A stretch of DNA of 64,000 bases from Candidatus Doudnabacteria bacterium RIFCSPHIGHO2_01_FULL_46_14 (GCA_001779925.1 MFEK01000007.1:4108-68107); one strand, 5' to 3'; positions 45,643 through 54,638 are shown, counted from the first letter of the stretch. The notes: a model not told the origin generated them from the letters alone. Numbers and translations: made by a program.

Positions 45643-46203
45643 TTCATATTTTAAAATCTTTTTTAGTTCACTAATGGCTCGATGCTGGATAACGCGGATC
45701 GCGCCTTCTGATTTGCCAAGTATCTTGGCGATATCAGGATTGTCGAGCTCCTCGAGAAATTTGAGCTTGATGACGATTTGTTGTTCTTCGGTTAGCTGGC
45801 CGAGATTTTCCAAAAAGGCTTTTTGCTGAAAAGACAGATTCGTCCGGTCAATCATATTGTCTTCGTACTGCAGGACATTCTCCAAAAGACTGATGTCCAC
45901 GTTCTCTTTGCGGGAACGGTAATAATCGATCACCAGGTTTCTGGCGATCTGGTAAATCCAGCCGTTGAAGGCTTGGGCTTCCTGGATTTTATCCAGCTTG
46001 TCCCAGACTTTGATAAACACCTCTGAAACCAGGTCTTCGGCTGCTTCCTTGTGATTGACCCGGAAATAGATAAATCTATAAACCTTTTGAAAGTACAGAT
46101 CGTAAATCTGGCCAAAAGCTATCTCATCGCCATTTTTGGCTCTAAGGACGAGCGCTTCTAGGTTTTGAGAATTGCTGTTTTGGTCCACAAATTGCTGGAT
46201 CAA
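45634..46203 (-). CDS. ECF sigma factor
   Basis: AEDLVSEVF, WIYQIARN, IAKILGKSEGAIRV..HRA. Confidence 0.92.
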   Translation of the reverse strand: MIQQFVDQNSNSQNLEALVLRAKNGDEIAFGQIYDLYFQKVYRFIYFRVNHKEAAEDLVSEVFIKVWDKLDKIQEAQAFNGWIYQIARNLVIDYYRSRKENVDISLLENVLQYEDNMIDRTNLSFQQKAFLENLGQLTEEQQIVIKLKFLEELDNPDIAKILGKSEGAIRVIQHRAISELKKILKYEPR

Positions 46204-46275
46204 TGATTAAGACGAGCCACAATGAGAAATGTTTCAAAGTGGAATCTATATTACACCATATATCGAGAAAAAAAT

Positions 46276-46305
46276 CCAGCCCTAGGCTGGTCAGCCTCGG
46301 GCTGA
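46276..46305. repeat. Family A twin hairpin
   Basis: CCAGCC-CTA-GGCTGG TCAGCC-TCG-GGCTGA. Confidence 0.7.
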
Positions 46306-46327
46306 AAAGCTGATTGTAAAAGTTGAT

Positions 46328-47341
46328 TTAGTATTTGCTCTTTCCGGTGTTAACAATGAGAATTTTCTTACCTCGCGGCAGCATTCTTTGCAGCTGCAGC
46401 AAAAGGGCCAATCCCGCAATCCCTGAGGGCTCGCAATTGACGTTATTGCGGCTGGCCAGAGCCAGAGCTTTGTCGAGGAAATTCTCTTTTAGCTGGTAAA
46501 TGCGGCTTTTTGCGCCAATTAAGCCGCTGTAAATATAATACTTTATCCACTGCTCGGAATAGTTGGCAAAAGGAAGAAACGGAGCATAAAGCTTATCAGC
46601 CTTGCTCTTCGGATCACTGGTAGTTGCGCCCAAGAAAGAGCAATCCCTCAGAGTTTTTTTGTTGCCTTTGAACCTCGGGTCGCGGGCTCCGTACTGGAGC
46701 TCTTTCTTTACGATGTTTAAAAGATTTTCATAGAGCTGTCCGGTACCAAATGGTAAAAACACGTAATTAGCGTCACTATTGATAATCTCGTAGCTCATCC
46801 AGTCATAAAACCTGACAGTAGGATCATAAGCTTCATTAGAGGTAATATCAAATCCTTTCGGATTCCTGGTGAGGCGCAAAATATCTTGCCAATCAAAAAC
46901 TTTTCGTCTTAAGGTCTCTAAAAAAATCCGGCAACCGATTTTTTTTAGACTGCTGACTACTTTCGAATCAGTCCGTGAATCCATGAGCACCAGCAAATCA
47001 GGCAGATGGTATTGTCTAAGCTTGGTTTGGATAGCAAGAGCTGCAGAGCCAGAGCTCAAAATCGACAAATGCGGGAGTTTGTTTATTAAACCTTTCTTTT
47101 TGGCGAGTAAAAATTCGCGGTAAGTAACTACCATCTCCCAGGCCATGCGGTCCTTGTGCGTGCCCGTCAGATTTACACTTTCGTCTTTCAGCCAAACATT
47201 GGAAAAACCCTGCACATTGATTTGGTAGGTCGGCGTAGCAGGAAACCTCGGGTTTTCCGGAGGAAACTCTGGCCGGTTCGGATCATTCTCGGAAGCAACC
47301 AGGATAGATTTTAATATTTTTTCTTCTGCTTTGCTGAGCAT
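46328..47341 (-). CDS. PLP-dependent fold-type II enzyme
   Basis: LKDESVNLTGTHKDR, SSGS, PFGTG, EPSG. Confidence 0.8.
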   Translation of the reverse strand: MLSKAEEKILKSILVASENDPNRPEFPPENPRFPATPTYQINVQGFSNVWLKDESVNLTGTHKDRMAWEMVVTYREFLLAKKKGLINKLPHLSILSSGSAALAIQTKLRQYHLPDLLVLMDSRTDSKVVSSLKKIGCRIFLETLRRKVFDWQDILRLTRNPKGFDITSNEAYDPTVRFYDWMSYEIINSDANYVFLPFGTGQLYENLLNIVKKELQYGARDPRFKGNKKTLRDCSFLGATTSDPKSKADKLYAPFLPFANYSEQWIKYYIYSGLIGAKSRIYQLKENFLDKALALASRNNVNCEPSGIAGLALLLQLQRMLPRGKKILIVNTGKSKY

Positions 47342-47366
47342 CTATTGTTTACCAATATTATCCGTC

Positions 47367-47456
47367 TGGCGGAGGAGGTGGGATTCGAACCCACGAGACC
47401 CCTGACGGGGTCGCAGATTAGCAATCTGCTGGTTTAAGCCGCTTACCTACTCCTCC
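47367..47456 (-). tRNA. tRNA-Ser(GCU)
   Basis: GCAGA-TTGCTAA-TCTGC, long variable arm, GCCA. Confidence 0.95.
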
Positions 47457-47474
47457 GCTAGAAGGACAATCAAT

Positions 47475-47942
47475 TTAAAATTTGAGTGTTCGGGAGATTT
47501 TGTCGGAGATTCGCTCTTCCCGGTCCAAATCCTCCGGAAGATAGTCTAGCAGGAAATCGCGCACCTCGGAAGGATTCTGGTCTTCAAGCTGGAGGGTCAG
47601 AAAACGGTTCAAATACGCGGAAGTTTCGAAATTCACCGTCTTTATATCCGGCGGTTCATACACCAACCAGAAAGTTTTGACTTGCTGATAAGGAATATGT
47701 GAATCATTCATGGTTACGCCGCGCGGCCCTAGAATGATGCGCATCTGACGAGGCTTGGCGCGGGAAAAAAAGAATGCCATGAGAAAGAGCAAGATAAACA
47801 TCATTGCCGTGAGAAAATCCTTTTTAAAGAAAAAGTACCCCACTAGAAGCGCGCCAAAAATACCAAGTACCAGATACCATTTTGGGCCTTTTGGGTAGTG
47901 GATGAATTCCGGTGCTGACCAAATTATCTCTTTCTTTTCCAT
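47475..47942 (-). CDS. Conserved hypothetical 2-TM protein
   Basis: W.APEF....K..KWY then two TM helices, a pattern recalled from CPR genomes. Confidence 0.75.
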   Translation of the reverse strand: MEKKEIIWSAPEFIHYPKGPKWYLVLGIFGALLVGYFFFKKDFLTAMMFILLFLMAFFFSRAKPRQMRIILGPRGVTMNDSHIPYQQVKTFWLVYEPPDIKTVNFETSAYLNRFLTLQLEDQNPSEVRDFLLDYLPEDLDREERISDKISRTLKF

Positions 47943-47977
47943 AACCTTATTTTATCATATAATTAATAGTGCTACGA

Positions 47978-48013
47978 GGTGGGGTCGCATAGCGGTTTAG
48001 TGCACCAGTCTTG
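47978..48013 (+). pseudogene. Orphan 5' half of tRNA-Ser(UGA)
   Basis: Matches 48302-48337 at 33 of 36 nt; stops at CTTG within the anticodon loop. Confidence 0.85.
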
Positions 48014-48043
48014 TCAGCCCAAGGCTGATCCGCCCCGGGCGGA
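48014..48043. repeat. Family A twin hairpin
   Basis: TCAGCC-CAA-GGCTGA TCCGCC-CCG-GGCGGA. Confidence 0.8.
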
Positions 48044-48058
48044 AAAACCAAAAACTAT

Positions 48059-48316
48059 ACGCATTATGTTTACATACTAAAAAGTGAAAAAACGGGAAAA
48101 CTCTACAAAGGCAGCACGGATGATTTGAGGAAAAGAATACTTAACCACAATGCTCGCAAAGTAAATTCCACAAAAGGCGGGACACCATGGAAATTGATAT
48201 ACTATGAAGCATTTATCTCAAAAATGGACGCAAGGAGAGAGGAGCTATTTTTAAAAAGCGGAAAGGGTCGCGAGAGAATTAAGTGGCTATTTAATCAAAA
48301 TGGTGGGGTCGCATAG
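48059..48316 (+). CDS. Small GIY-YIG nuclease (ACG at start position, possibly inactivated)
   Basis: HYVYILKS....KLYKGSTDDLRKR...HN...T..PWKLIYYE....A..EE..LK; stop codon lies inside the tRNA D arm. Confidence 0.85.
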   Translation, partial: THYVYILKSEKTGKLYKGSTDDLRKRILNHNARKVNSTKGGTPWKLIYYEAFISKMDARREELFLKSGKGRERIKWLFNQNGGVA

Positions 48317-48391
48317 TGGTCGAGTGCACCAGTCTTGAAAACTGGAACGGGTGAAAGCCCGTCGAGGGTTCGAATCCCTCCCCCACCGCCA
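48302..48391 (+). tRNA. tRNA-Ser(UGA)
   Basis: CCAGT-CTTGAAA-ACTGG, long variable arm, GCCA. Confidence 0.95.
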
Positions 48392-48494
48392 TAGAAAGTT
48401 CAAAATGTAAATATCAAAATGTAAAATGACAGTGTTTAAATTTTAAAATTTTTAATTGTCATTTCGATTTTTACACTTTGCATTTTACATTATC

Positions 48495-50612
48495 ATGTTA
48501 TCAATAAATGATTCTGTCTCCAAACTCCACCTTGTTAAACCTGAGCACCTTGAGGCCTTATCCAAGCTTGGCATTAAAACCGTAAAAGATTTACTGTATC
48601 ATTTTCCCCGGGACTGGCAGGATCTTTCGGAAATTAAAAAGATTTCCGAGATACGGCCAGGGGAAAAGATCAGCATCAAGGCTCGAGTTAAACATCTGAG
48701 CATTCCTGGCTTTCCTTTTCGCAGGGTCAAGATCACGGAAGCCCTGCTCGAGGATGAAACCGGAAATGTGGTCGCGATCTGGTTTAACCAGCCGTACATA
48801 AAAAATTCGCTTCGCTTGGGAAATGAATATTATTTCAGCGGCAAGGGTCAGATTTACGCCACAAAAAAACAGCAAACCCTCCAGCTGACGCATCCCACAT
48901 TTGAGATGGTACGCGAGGAAACAATTCATGTTGCCGGTCTTATCCCTGATTACCCGCTCACAGAAGGTATAACCCAAAAACAAGTCCGCTATTGGCTTAA
49001 ACAAGCTCTGGAATCTTTGCCGCAGCTCATAGAGATCCTGCCGGAAAAGTTGAAGAAAAAAATGAAGCTTATCGGGCACACGGAGGCAATAAAAAATCTA
49101 CATTTCCCTGATGATGCAGCCCATCTCAAAAAAGCAAAAAACCGCCTAGCTTTTGAGGAGTTATTTCTGTTTCAGCTGGCTTTCCAAAGCTATAAAAAAA
49201 CGTTAAAGTGCCTGCCGGCACCGGCAATCCAATTCGACAAAAATCTGGTAAGCCAATTCGTCGAGAAACTTTCGTTTCAGCTCACTGCCTCCCAGCGCCT
49301 CTCTGCCTGGGAAATCCTCAGCGACATGGCAAAGCCCCACCCTATGAACCGGCTCCTGGAAGGAGAGGTCGGCTCCGGGAAAACCGTAGTCGCCGGACTG
49401 GCTATGCTGGAAACGGCTACGGCCGGCTATCAATCGATATTGCTGGCACCGACGGAGATTTTGGCCTGGCAGCATTACCAAACCCTGGAAAAGCTTTTTG
49501 CGCATACTGGCATTAAGATTGCTTTGCAAACACGAAGTCATAAAATTGGGGAGATTAGGGAAATAAGGGAAGGCACGATCAAAATAATTGCAGGAACTCA
49601 TGCCCTTCTCCAAGAGCGGATCAGTTTCCATAAAATCGGTCTTTTAGTAATCGATGAACAGCACCGGTTTGGCATCAAACAGCGGCAAGCATTGCTTCGC
49701 GGACAAGCCGAGTTAGTTCCTCACCTATTAAGTATGACTGCGACCCCGATCCCGCGCACGCTCGCTCTGGCATTTTACGGAGACCTGGATATATCAAAGC
49801 TGAAGGAACTGCCCTCGGGAAGAAAAAAAGTCATCACGAAATTGGCATCGCCTGAGAATCGCGTGCTCGCCTACGAAGTTGTCAGAAAGGAATTGCAAAG
49901 AGGCCGACAGGCTTATGTGATCGTGCCGCTTGTCGGAGAAACAAGCGATTTATCACCCCTCCCTAACCCTCCTCCTCAAGGGGAGGGAAATACAAATGAA
50001 ACAAAATCAGTAATTACAGAGGTCGAAAAATTAAAAAAAATTTTCCCAGAATTCCAGATCGGCCTTCTTCATGGCAAAATGCCCGGCGAGGAAAAGAAAA
50101 AAATCATGCAAGTATTTTCCGCCAAAGGCGGATCCGCAACCGGCGGAAAAGCTCATAAAATAGACATTCTCGTTTCCACGACCGTGGTCGAGGTCGGCGT
50201 AGATGTTCCAAACGCCACGATTATGATCATCGAGAACGCAGAACGGTTCGGCTTGTCGCAGCTGCACCAACTACGCGGTCGGGTTGGAAGATCACACCTG
50301 CAGTCTTTGTGCGTGCTGTTCGCCGGCCTCTATTCCGAAACGACACGGCAGCGCCTGGAAGCAGTCGTGAATAGCAATGACGGATTTGAGCTTGCGGAAA
50401 TTGATTTGAAGATGCGCGGCGCCGGCGAAATACTCGGCACCAAGCAGTCCGGTTTTATTCCCTTCAAAATCGCCTCGCTCAGCGACGAAAAAACAATCGA
50501 ATCAGCAAAAAAAGAAGCCCTGGCTCTTTTGGAGCAGGACCCTGAACTTGAGAATTATCCAATGCTGATGAAAAAGGTTGCGGAGATTTCAAAAGAAGCC
50601 CATCTGGAATGA
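48495..50612 (+). CDS. recG: ATP-dependent DNA helicase RecG
   Basis: GEVGSGKT, DEQH, TATPIPR, QLHQLRGRVGR. Confidence 0.96.
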   Translation: MLSINDSVSKLHLVKPEHLEALSKLGIKTVKDLLYHFPRDWQDLSEIKKISEIRPGEKISIKARVKHLSIPGFPFRRVKITEALLEDETGNVVAIWFNQPYIKNSLRLGNEYYFSGKGQIYATKKQQTLQLTHPTFEMVREETIHVAGLIPDYPLTEGITQKQVRYWLKQALESLPQLIEILPEKLKKKMKLIGHTEAIKNLHFPDDAAHLKKAKNRLAFEELFLFQLAFQSYKKTLKCLPAPAIQFDKNLVSQFVEKLSFQLTASQRLSAWEILSDMAKPHPMNRLLEGEVGSGKTVVAGLAMLETATAGYQSILLAPTEILAWQHYQTLEKLFAHTGIKIALQTRSHKIGEIREIREGTIKIIAGTHALLQERISFHKIGLLVIDEQHRFGIKQRQALLRGQAELVPHLLSMTATPIPRTLALAFYGDLDISKLKELPSGRKKVITKLASPENRVLAYEVVRKELQRGRQAYVIVPLVGETSDLSPLPNPPPQGEGNTNETKSVITEVEKLKKIFPEFQIGLLHGKMPGEEKKKIMQVFSAKGGSATGGKAHKIDILVSTTVVEVGVDVPNATIMIIENAERFGLSQLHQLRGRVGRSHLQSLCVLFAGLYSETTRQRLEAVVNSNDGFELAEIDLKMRGAGEILGTKQSGFIPFKIASLSDEKTIESAKKEALALLEQDPELENYPMLMKKVAEISKEAHLE
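49953..49989. repeat. Family C half-element in frame in recG
   Basis: Encodes SPLPNPPPQGEG. Confidence 0.8.
50118..50147. repeat. Family A twin hairpin in frame in recG
   Basis: TCCGCC-AAA-GGCGGA TCCGCA-ACC-GGCGGA encodes SAKGGSATGG. Confidence 0.85.
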
Positions 50613-50616
50613 GTCT

Positions 50617-50748
50617 TTTCCCCTCCCTTGATGGGAGGGGTAAGGGAAGGGTGAAATTTAATTATGCCACCCCCCACCTATAACCTCCCCCATCGAGCCT
50701 ACCCCAAAACCGAGTACGCTTTTCGGAGACCCCGGCAAGGGGGAGGAA
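50617..50748. repeat. Family C pair with nested GAGCCTACCCC element
   Basis: Same nested insert as guaA 20200-20242. Confidence 0.8.
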
Positions 50749-50754
50749 CTAAAT

Positions 50755-51765
50755 TCAGGGGGATAATTCCAAAGAATACAAATTACCCGCGCCGTCAATA
50801 TAAAAGAGGATGTCCTTGAATGGATGCAAAAACGCGTCGCGGACAGGACCGCCGGGAAAACTGCCCCAGTCTTTGACATCGCCGGTTCTGGTATTTTCTT
50901 CTTTCAGCAAACCATTGGTCGCGAATATCACACCGCCGCTATCCCTGCTCCATATCGCAAAATCGGTACTGGCGATGCTAAAATCCTTTCTCTGCTTGGT
51001 GGCAAAATCATAGAACCAAAATACCAAAACCCCTGCCTTGTTTTCGCTGACCAAAAGCTTGCTACCGTCCGGAGAAAACCGAGTATTTTCATACCTGCCG
51101 TTATCCGCAATATTGCTGAATGTTGACGCGGCCAGATCAACATGAATCAAAGGCGAGGTTGTGGCGTTTGCAAACATCACAAGCTCCAGCTTGCGCGGAT
51201 GCGCGACAAGTCGATAGTCGGACCGGAACAGGTCGCCGATTTTGGCAAAATTACTGCTGTTGATATCAGAAATTTTCAGTTCGTGATTATCGCCTATTAC
51301 CCAATCATAGGCAATTCTGGCATCGCCGGCGAGGATAACCGGCTCGCGAATATTGTCCGGATACTGCGAAAGCTGTTTATCACTGGCGCGAACATAAGTG
51401 TAGCGAAGGTGTCCGTCAATATTTTGCGCAACGATGAAATCACTGCCTTTTTCCTGCCATTGTACGTCCGAGGGATTTTTTATGGTTTCCGGAAGGATAA
51501 ACTCTTCGCGTGCTCCAGATTCAAGATTTACGCTAAGGATTTTACCATCCAGAGTCAGGTACCATACCCGCTCTCCGTTGAATGAAGGAACAGCCGAGAC
51601 AACCTCTTGGGCTAGTATTTTTTGGGCAGGGTTCTCGTCAGAAACAGTATTCTCAGGCGCAGGAACCGGTACGGTATCGCGATTGCGGCGAATATAAAGA
51701 AAACCGAGACTCAATATCAGCAGTATAGTGAGAATGACCGTGGTGATTATAAAAATTTTTCTCAT
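50755..51765 (-). CDS. Membrane-anchored TolB-like beta-propeller protein
   Basis: FSPDGSKL and WSRD repeats; start at MRKIF. Confidence 0.75.
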   Translation of the reverse strand: MRKIFIITTVILTILLILSLGFLYIRRNRDTVPVPAPENTVSDENPAQKILAQEVVSAVPSFNGERVWYLTLDGKILSVNLESGAREEFILPETIKNPSDVQWQEKGSDFIVAQNIDGHLRYTYVRASDKQLSQYPDNIREPVILAGDARIAYDWVIGDNHELKISDINSSNFAKIGDLFRSDYRLVAHPRKLELVMFANATTSPLIHVDLAASTFSNIADNGRYENTRFSPDGSKLLVSENKAGVLVFWFYDFATKQRKDFSIASTDFAIWSRDSGGVIFATNGLLKEENTRTGDVKDWGSFPGGPVRDAFLHPFKDILFYIDGAGNLYSLELSP

Positions 51766-51781
51766 TGTACATCTCCTGTCT

Positions 51782-51868
51782 TTTCCCCTCCCTTGATGGG
51801 AGGGGTTGGGGGAGGGTGATAAATTAGACAGTTCACCCCACCTTACCTCCCCCCTCAAAGAGGGAAGA
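51782..51868. repeat. Family C palindrome pair
   Basis: TTTCCCCTCCCTTGATGGGAGGGG, identical to the start of the 50617 copy. Confidence 0.8.
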
Positions 51869-51914
51869 ACTAAAACAATATTGGGAATTATATACAAAGC
51901 TACCCTAAAGTAAA

Positions 51915-52148
51915 TTACTCTGTTGCTGGTGGGGCATACTTAAAAATATAAGTCCGCTTTACCGCCGCCGCACAAGCCTTACGGCCTTCCTCATTAAAAT
52001 CAGAACTAGAGCAATACCTAATACTGTTTATCACTTCCAAATTATGCTTTTGAATCCCGATATACAGATTAAATCCAAACAACAAAATAGACAGCCCAAA
52101 GAATACCAGTAGTGTAAACCTGAACCAATTTTCTTTAATAAATCTCAT
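51915..52148 (-). CDS. IS passenger: small membrane protein
   Basis: MRFIKENWF, TM helix, Cys pair. Confidence 0.6.
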   Translation of the reverse strand: MRFIKENWFRFTLLVFFGLSILLFGFNLYIGIQKHNLEVINSIRYCSSSDFNEEGRKACAAAVKRTYIFKYAPPATE

Positions 52149-52233
52149 AACTCTTGACAATCCTGTGGATACTTGATAATATATTCTTTCGTTCTTTGTT
52201 ATACTAACTTTAGCAGTTTTTGAAATAATGGCC

Positions 52234-52318
52234 AGCCTCGCACGGGATTCGAACCCGTATGTCCGCCACGGACGATAGTTTTCTAAACTATTGCGTATAC
52301 CAGTTCCGCCAGCGAGGC
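52234..52318 (-). tRNA. Atypical tRNA-like gene with anticodon AGA
   Basis: All stems pair; ATAGT-TTAGAAA-ACTAT; Leu-like D arm; 3' end TGGCCA. Confidence 0.7.
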
Positions 52319-52405
52319 ACAAAGCCGCTCAAAGTGCAGATTAGGATTTAACGATAAAGTTCCAACGAGTCCTTTCTTCCTAATCTGCGCCCTGGGCGGC
52401 TTTTA

Positions 52406-53158
52406 TTATGCGTCAGTAGTATCAGGTGGTCGAGGAGATTTTTTGGATAAATAGTCTTCAGCTACGGCTTTCAAGTCTTTTAATGCTTGACGATATTTGG
52501 CACTCAATTCGTCATCAAAATTTGTATCGCTTTGAAAATCAGGCGGCACAAGCAAGGTAAATTTTCCATCTACGATTTTAATCGGAAATAAACCAGATGG
52601 CGTATGCGGCTGATTATGAATAACATTCGGAGTTTTGGTTGAACTTTCTGTCCGTGCCTTTTTTTCTGCCCTCGGCTGTCGTATTCTGGAAACTACCGAT
52701 CCCTCCTCTTTTAATCCTGCATATTCCAACAACCGATTAAATACGGGAATTGCTGTTCTGACTAATCGCCCCGAAAGGCCATATTGCGCTATGAACTCAT
52801 TGTTAAGATCGTCGGGCGATAAATCCTGCGGTGCTTCAACTACGCTAAATAGTTTGTGATATGCGGCTCTAACGATTTTTTCAAACTCTTTTTTGCGAAC
52901 ATCGCCTTTCAATCGCACTTTTTGAAAAAGCTCCGTCGGTTTGCCTTGTTCATCTATTAGTCCCAAAAAGCGCAAAGCATTCACGGCAAGGAGAGCGTCA
53001 GTATCCCCGAATCCATACCCTGTAAAAATGGACTGATTAATTTCAGCGTAATTACGGGTAGAAATTAGCTCAATCGTTTTATCCAGCTTCGCTACGCTGA
53101 AATACGGCGGCTTCATTTGCCTGGGATTTTCAGTTTTGGTGTCTTCTTGGTCGGTCAT
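52406..53158 (-). CDS. IS passenger: DUF5343-like protein
   Basis: PPY, LRFLGLIDEQGKPT, AY..LF and EYAGL pattern. Confidence 0.7.
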   Translation of the reverse strand: MTDQEDTKTENPRQMKPPYFSVAKLDKTIELISTRNYAEINQSIFTGYGFGDTDALLAVNALRFLGLIDEQGKPTELFQKVRLKGDVRKKEFEKIVRAAYHKLFSVVEAPQDLSPDDLNNEFIAQYGLSGRLVRTAIPVFNRLLEYAGLKEEGSVVSRIRQPRAEKKARTESSTKTPNVIHNQPHTPSGLFPIKIVDGKFTLLVPPDFQSDTNFDDELSAKYRQALKDLKAVAEDYLSKKSPRPPDTTDA

Positions 53159-53374
53159 ATAGATAGAGGGTAATATAATGCGAGGATAAAGTCAAGGGGG
53201 CTGGAGTAGGCTCGTATTACTTTTTTCACTAGATTCAGCATATATCCTAAACTTGAACTTGTCAAATGGTTAAGTCCAAGTGTCATACTTGAATTAGGTA
53301 GAATGTGATAAATTAGTCATTTCTCTGACCGCATAATGGCTTATTTTAGCCAATTATTTATCCACAATTCGGAC

Positions 53375-53403
53375 TTGACAACCCCACAATACTGATATAT
53401 ATT
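53375..53403 (+). promoter_or_regulatory. Transposase promoter (likely leaderless mRNA)
   Basis: TTGACA-N17-TATATT with ATG 6 nt downstream. Confidence 0.6.
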
Positions 53404-53409
53404 GCATAT

Positions 53410-54333
53410 ATGAACAACATTAAGCCCAAGACACTAATAGACTTCTTAGCCAACTTCAAAGATGAGACTACCTGCCAGAGATACTTTGAGGAGGTTCGCT
53501 TCCGAAACGGCCAGTATTGCGCCCATTGTGGCCATACCACTATCTACCGCTTCAAGGACGGCAAACGCTTTCGCTGTGCCGATTGCCGCAGGGATTTCAC
53601 TATCAAAACCAATACAATCTTTGGTGAAAGCAAAATTCCCCTGCAAAAATGGTTTATAGCCATTTATCTGCTCTCTACATCTAAAAAGGGCATTTCCTCG
53701 GTTCAGCTTGCTAAACAAGTTGGCACTACCCAAAAAACGGCCTGGTTCATGGATCACCGCATAAGGGAGGCCATGAAACAAAACAAAGGCCAGCTATTCG
53801 GGACTGTGGAAGTGGACGAAACCTATATCGGCGGTAAAGAGAAAAATAAGCACTTCAATAAAAGAGCTAAAGGCACGCAAGGCCGAAGCACAGAAACTAA
53901 AACGCCAGTCATGGGTTTAATTCAGCGCGGCGGCAAAGTCAAAGCGTCTGTGTTGGAAAATGTCAGCATGAAAGTTATTGAGCAGAACATCGTTGACCAT
54001 GTAAAGCCAGGCTCAAAAATTTACACTGACGATTTCCTATCATACTCACGAATTAAAAAGCTCTACCCGCACGAAGCCGTAAAGCACGGCAAAGGTGAGT
54101 ATGTCCGGGCAGGCGGTATTCACTCAAACAGCGTGGAAAGTTTCTGGGCGATTTTCAAAAGGGGTTATCATGGCACATACCATAAAATGAGCCGGAAGCA
54201 CTTACAGAGATATGTTGATGAGTTCGTATTTCGCTTCAACGCAAAGGCAGTAGATTTTGGCGAAACCTTTAGCGATATGGTTATGAAAGTATCGGCCAGC
54301 GAAACATTGCGCTACAAGGCTCTAGTAAAGTAA
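53410..54333 (+). CDS. IS1595 DDE transposase
   Basis: Zn ribbon, VEVDETYIGG, YTD, NSVESFW, HLQRYVDEF. Confidence 0.96.
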   Translation: MNNIKPKTLIDFLANFKDETTCQRYFEEVRFRNGQYCAHCGHTTIYRFKDGKRFRCADCRRDFTIKTNTIFGESKIPLQKWFIAIYLLSTSKKGISSVQLAKQVGTTQKTAWFMDHRIREAMKQNKGQLFGTVEVDETYIGGKEKNKHFNKRAKGTQGRSTETKTPVMGLIQRGGKVKASVLENVSMKVIEQNIVDHVKPGSKIYTDDFLSYSRIKKLYPHEAVKHGKGEYVRAGGIHSNSVESFWAIFKRGYHGTYHKMSRKHLQRYVDEFVFRFNAKAVDFGETFSDMVMKVSASETLRYKALVK

Positions 54334-54342
54334 AATCTATGT

Positions 54343-54480
54343 ATGAGCAGAAAATCAAAAATTCACGAGCCAATCCCTGTTAGTTTTGACAAAATCCTAA
54401 CTGGTATTGCGGATGAGAAAAAACCTCGTAAGCATAAGGAGCGAAAGCGCAAAGTGCGAGGGTATAAGAAAAAAGCATGA
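54343..54480 (+). CDS. IS passenger: 45-aa basic peptide
   Basis: MSRKSKIHEPIPVSFDKIL...; ATGA overlap with the next ORF. Confidence 0.5.
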   Translation: MSRKSKIHEPIPVSFDKILTGIADEKKPRKHKERKRKVRGYKKKA

Positions 54481-54638
54481 GAAATTGGATTAAAGAAACC
54501 TGGTTCAAAATTATAATCGCCACTTTTCTATTAGTCGTGTGCTATTTTCTTATCTACATTACTTTCAAAGGATTTCCTGTTTGCAATACTGATCCAAAAA
54601 CATCTCTAATTTTAAGACACGGTTGCAAAACTTTTTAA
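54477..54638 (+). CDS. IS passenger: 53-aa membrane peptide
   Basis: MRNWIKETWF, TM helix, Cys pair. Confidence 0.55.
   Translation: MRNWIKETWFKIIIATFLLVVCYFLIYITFKGFPVCNTDPKTSLILRHGCKTF

Noticed and set aside
51766-51897. N-terminal extension of the TolB-like ORF
   Set aside because: Translated family C repeat and IS end; the signal anchor begins at 51765.
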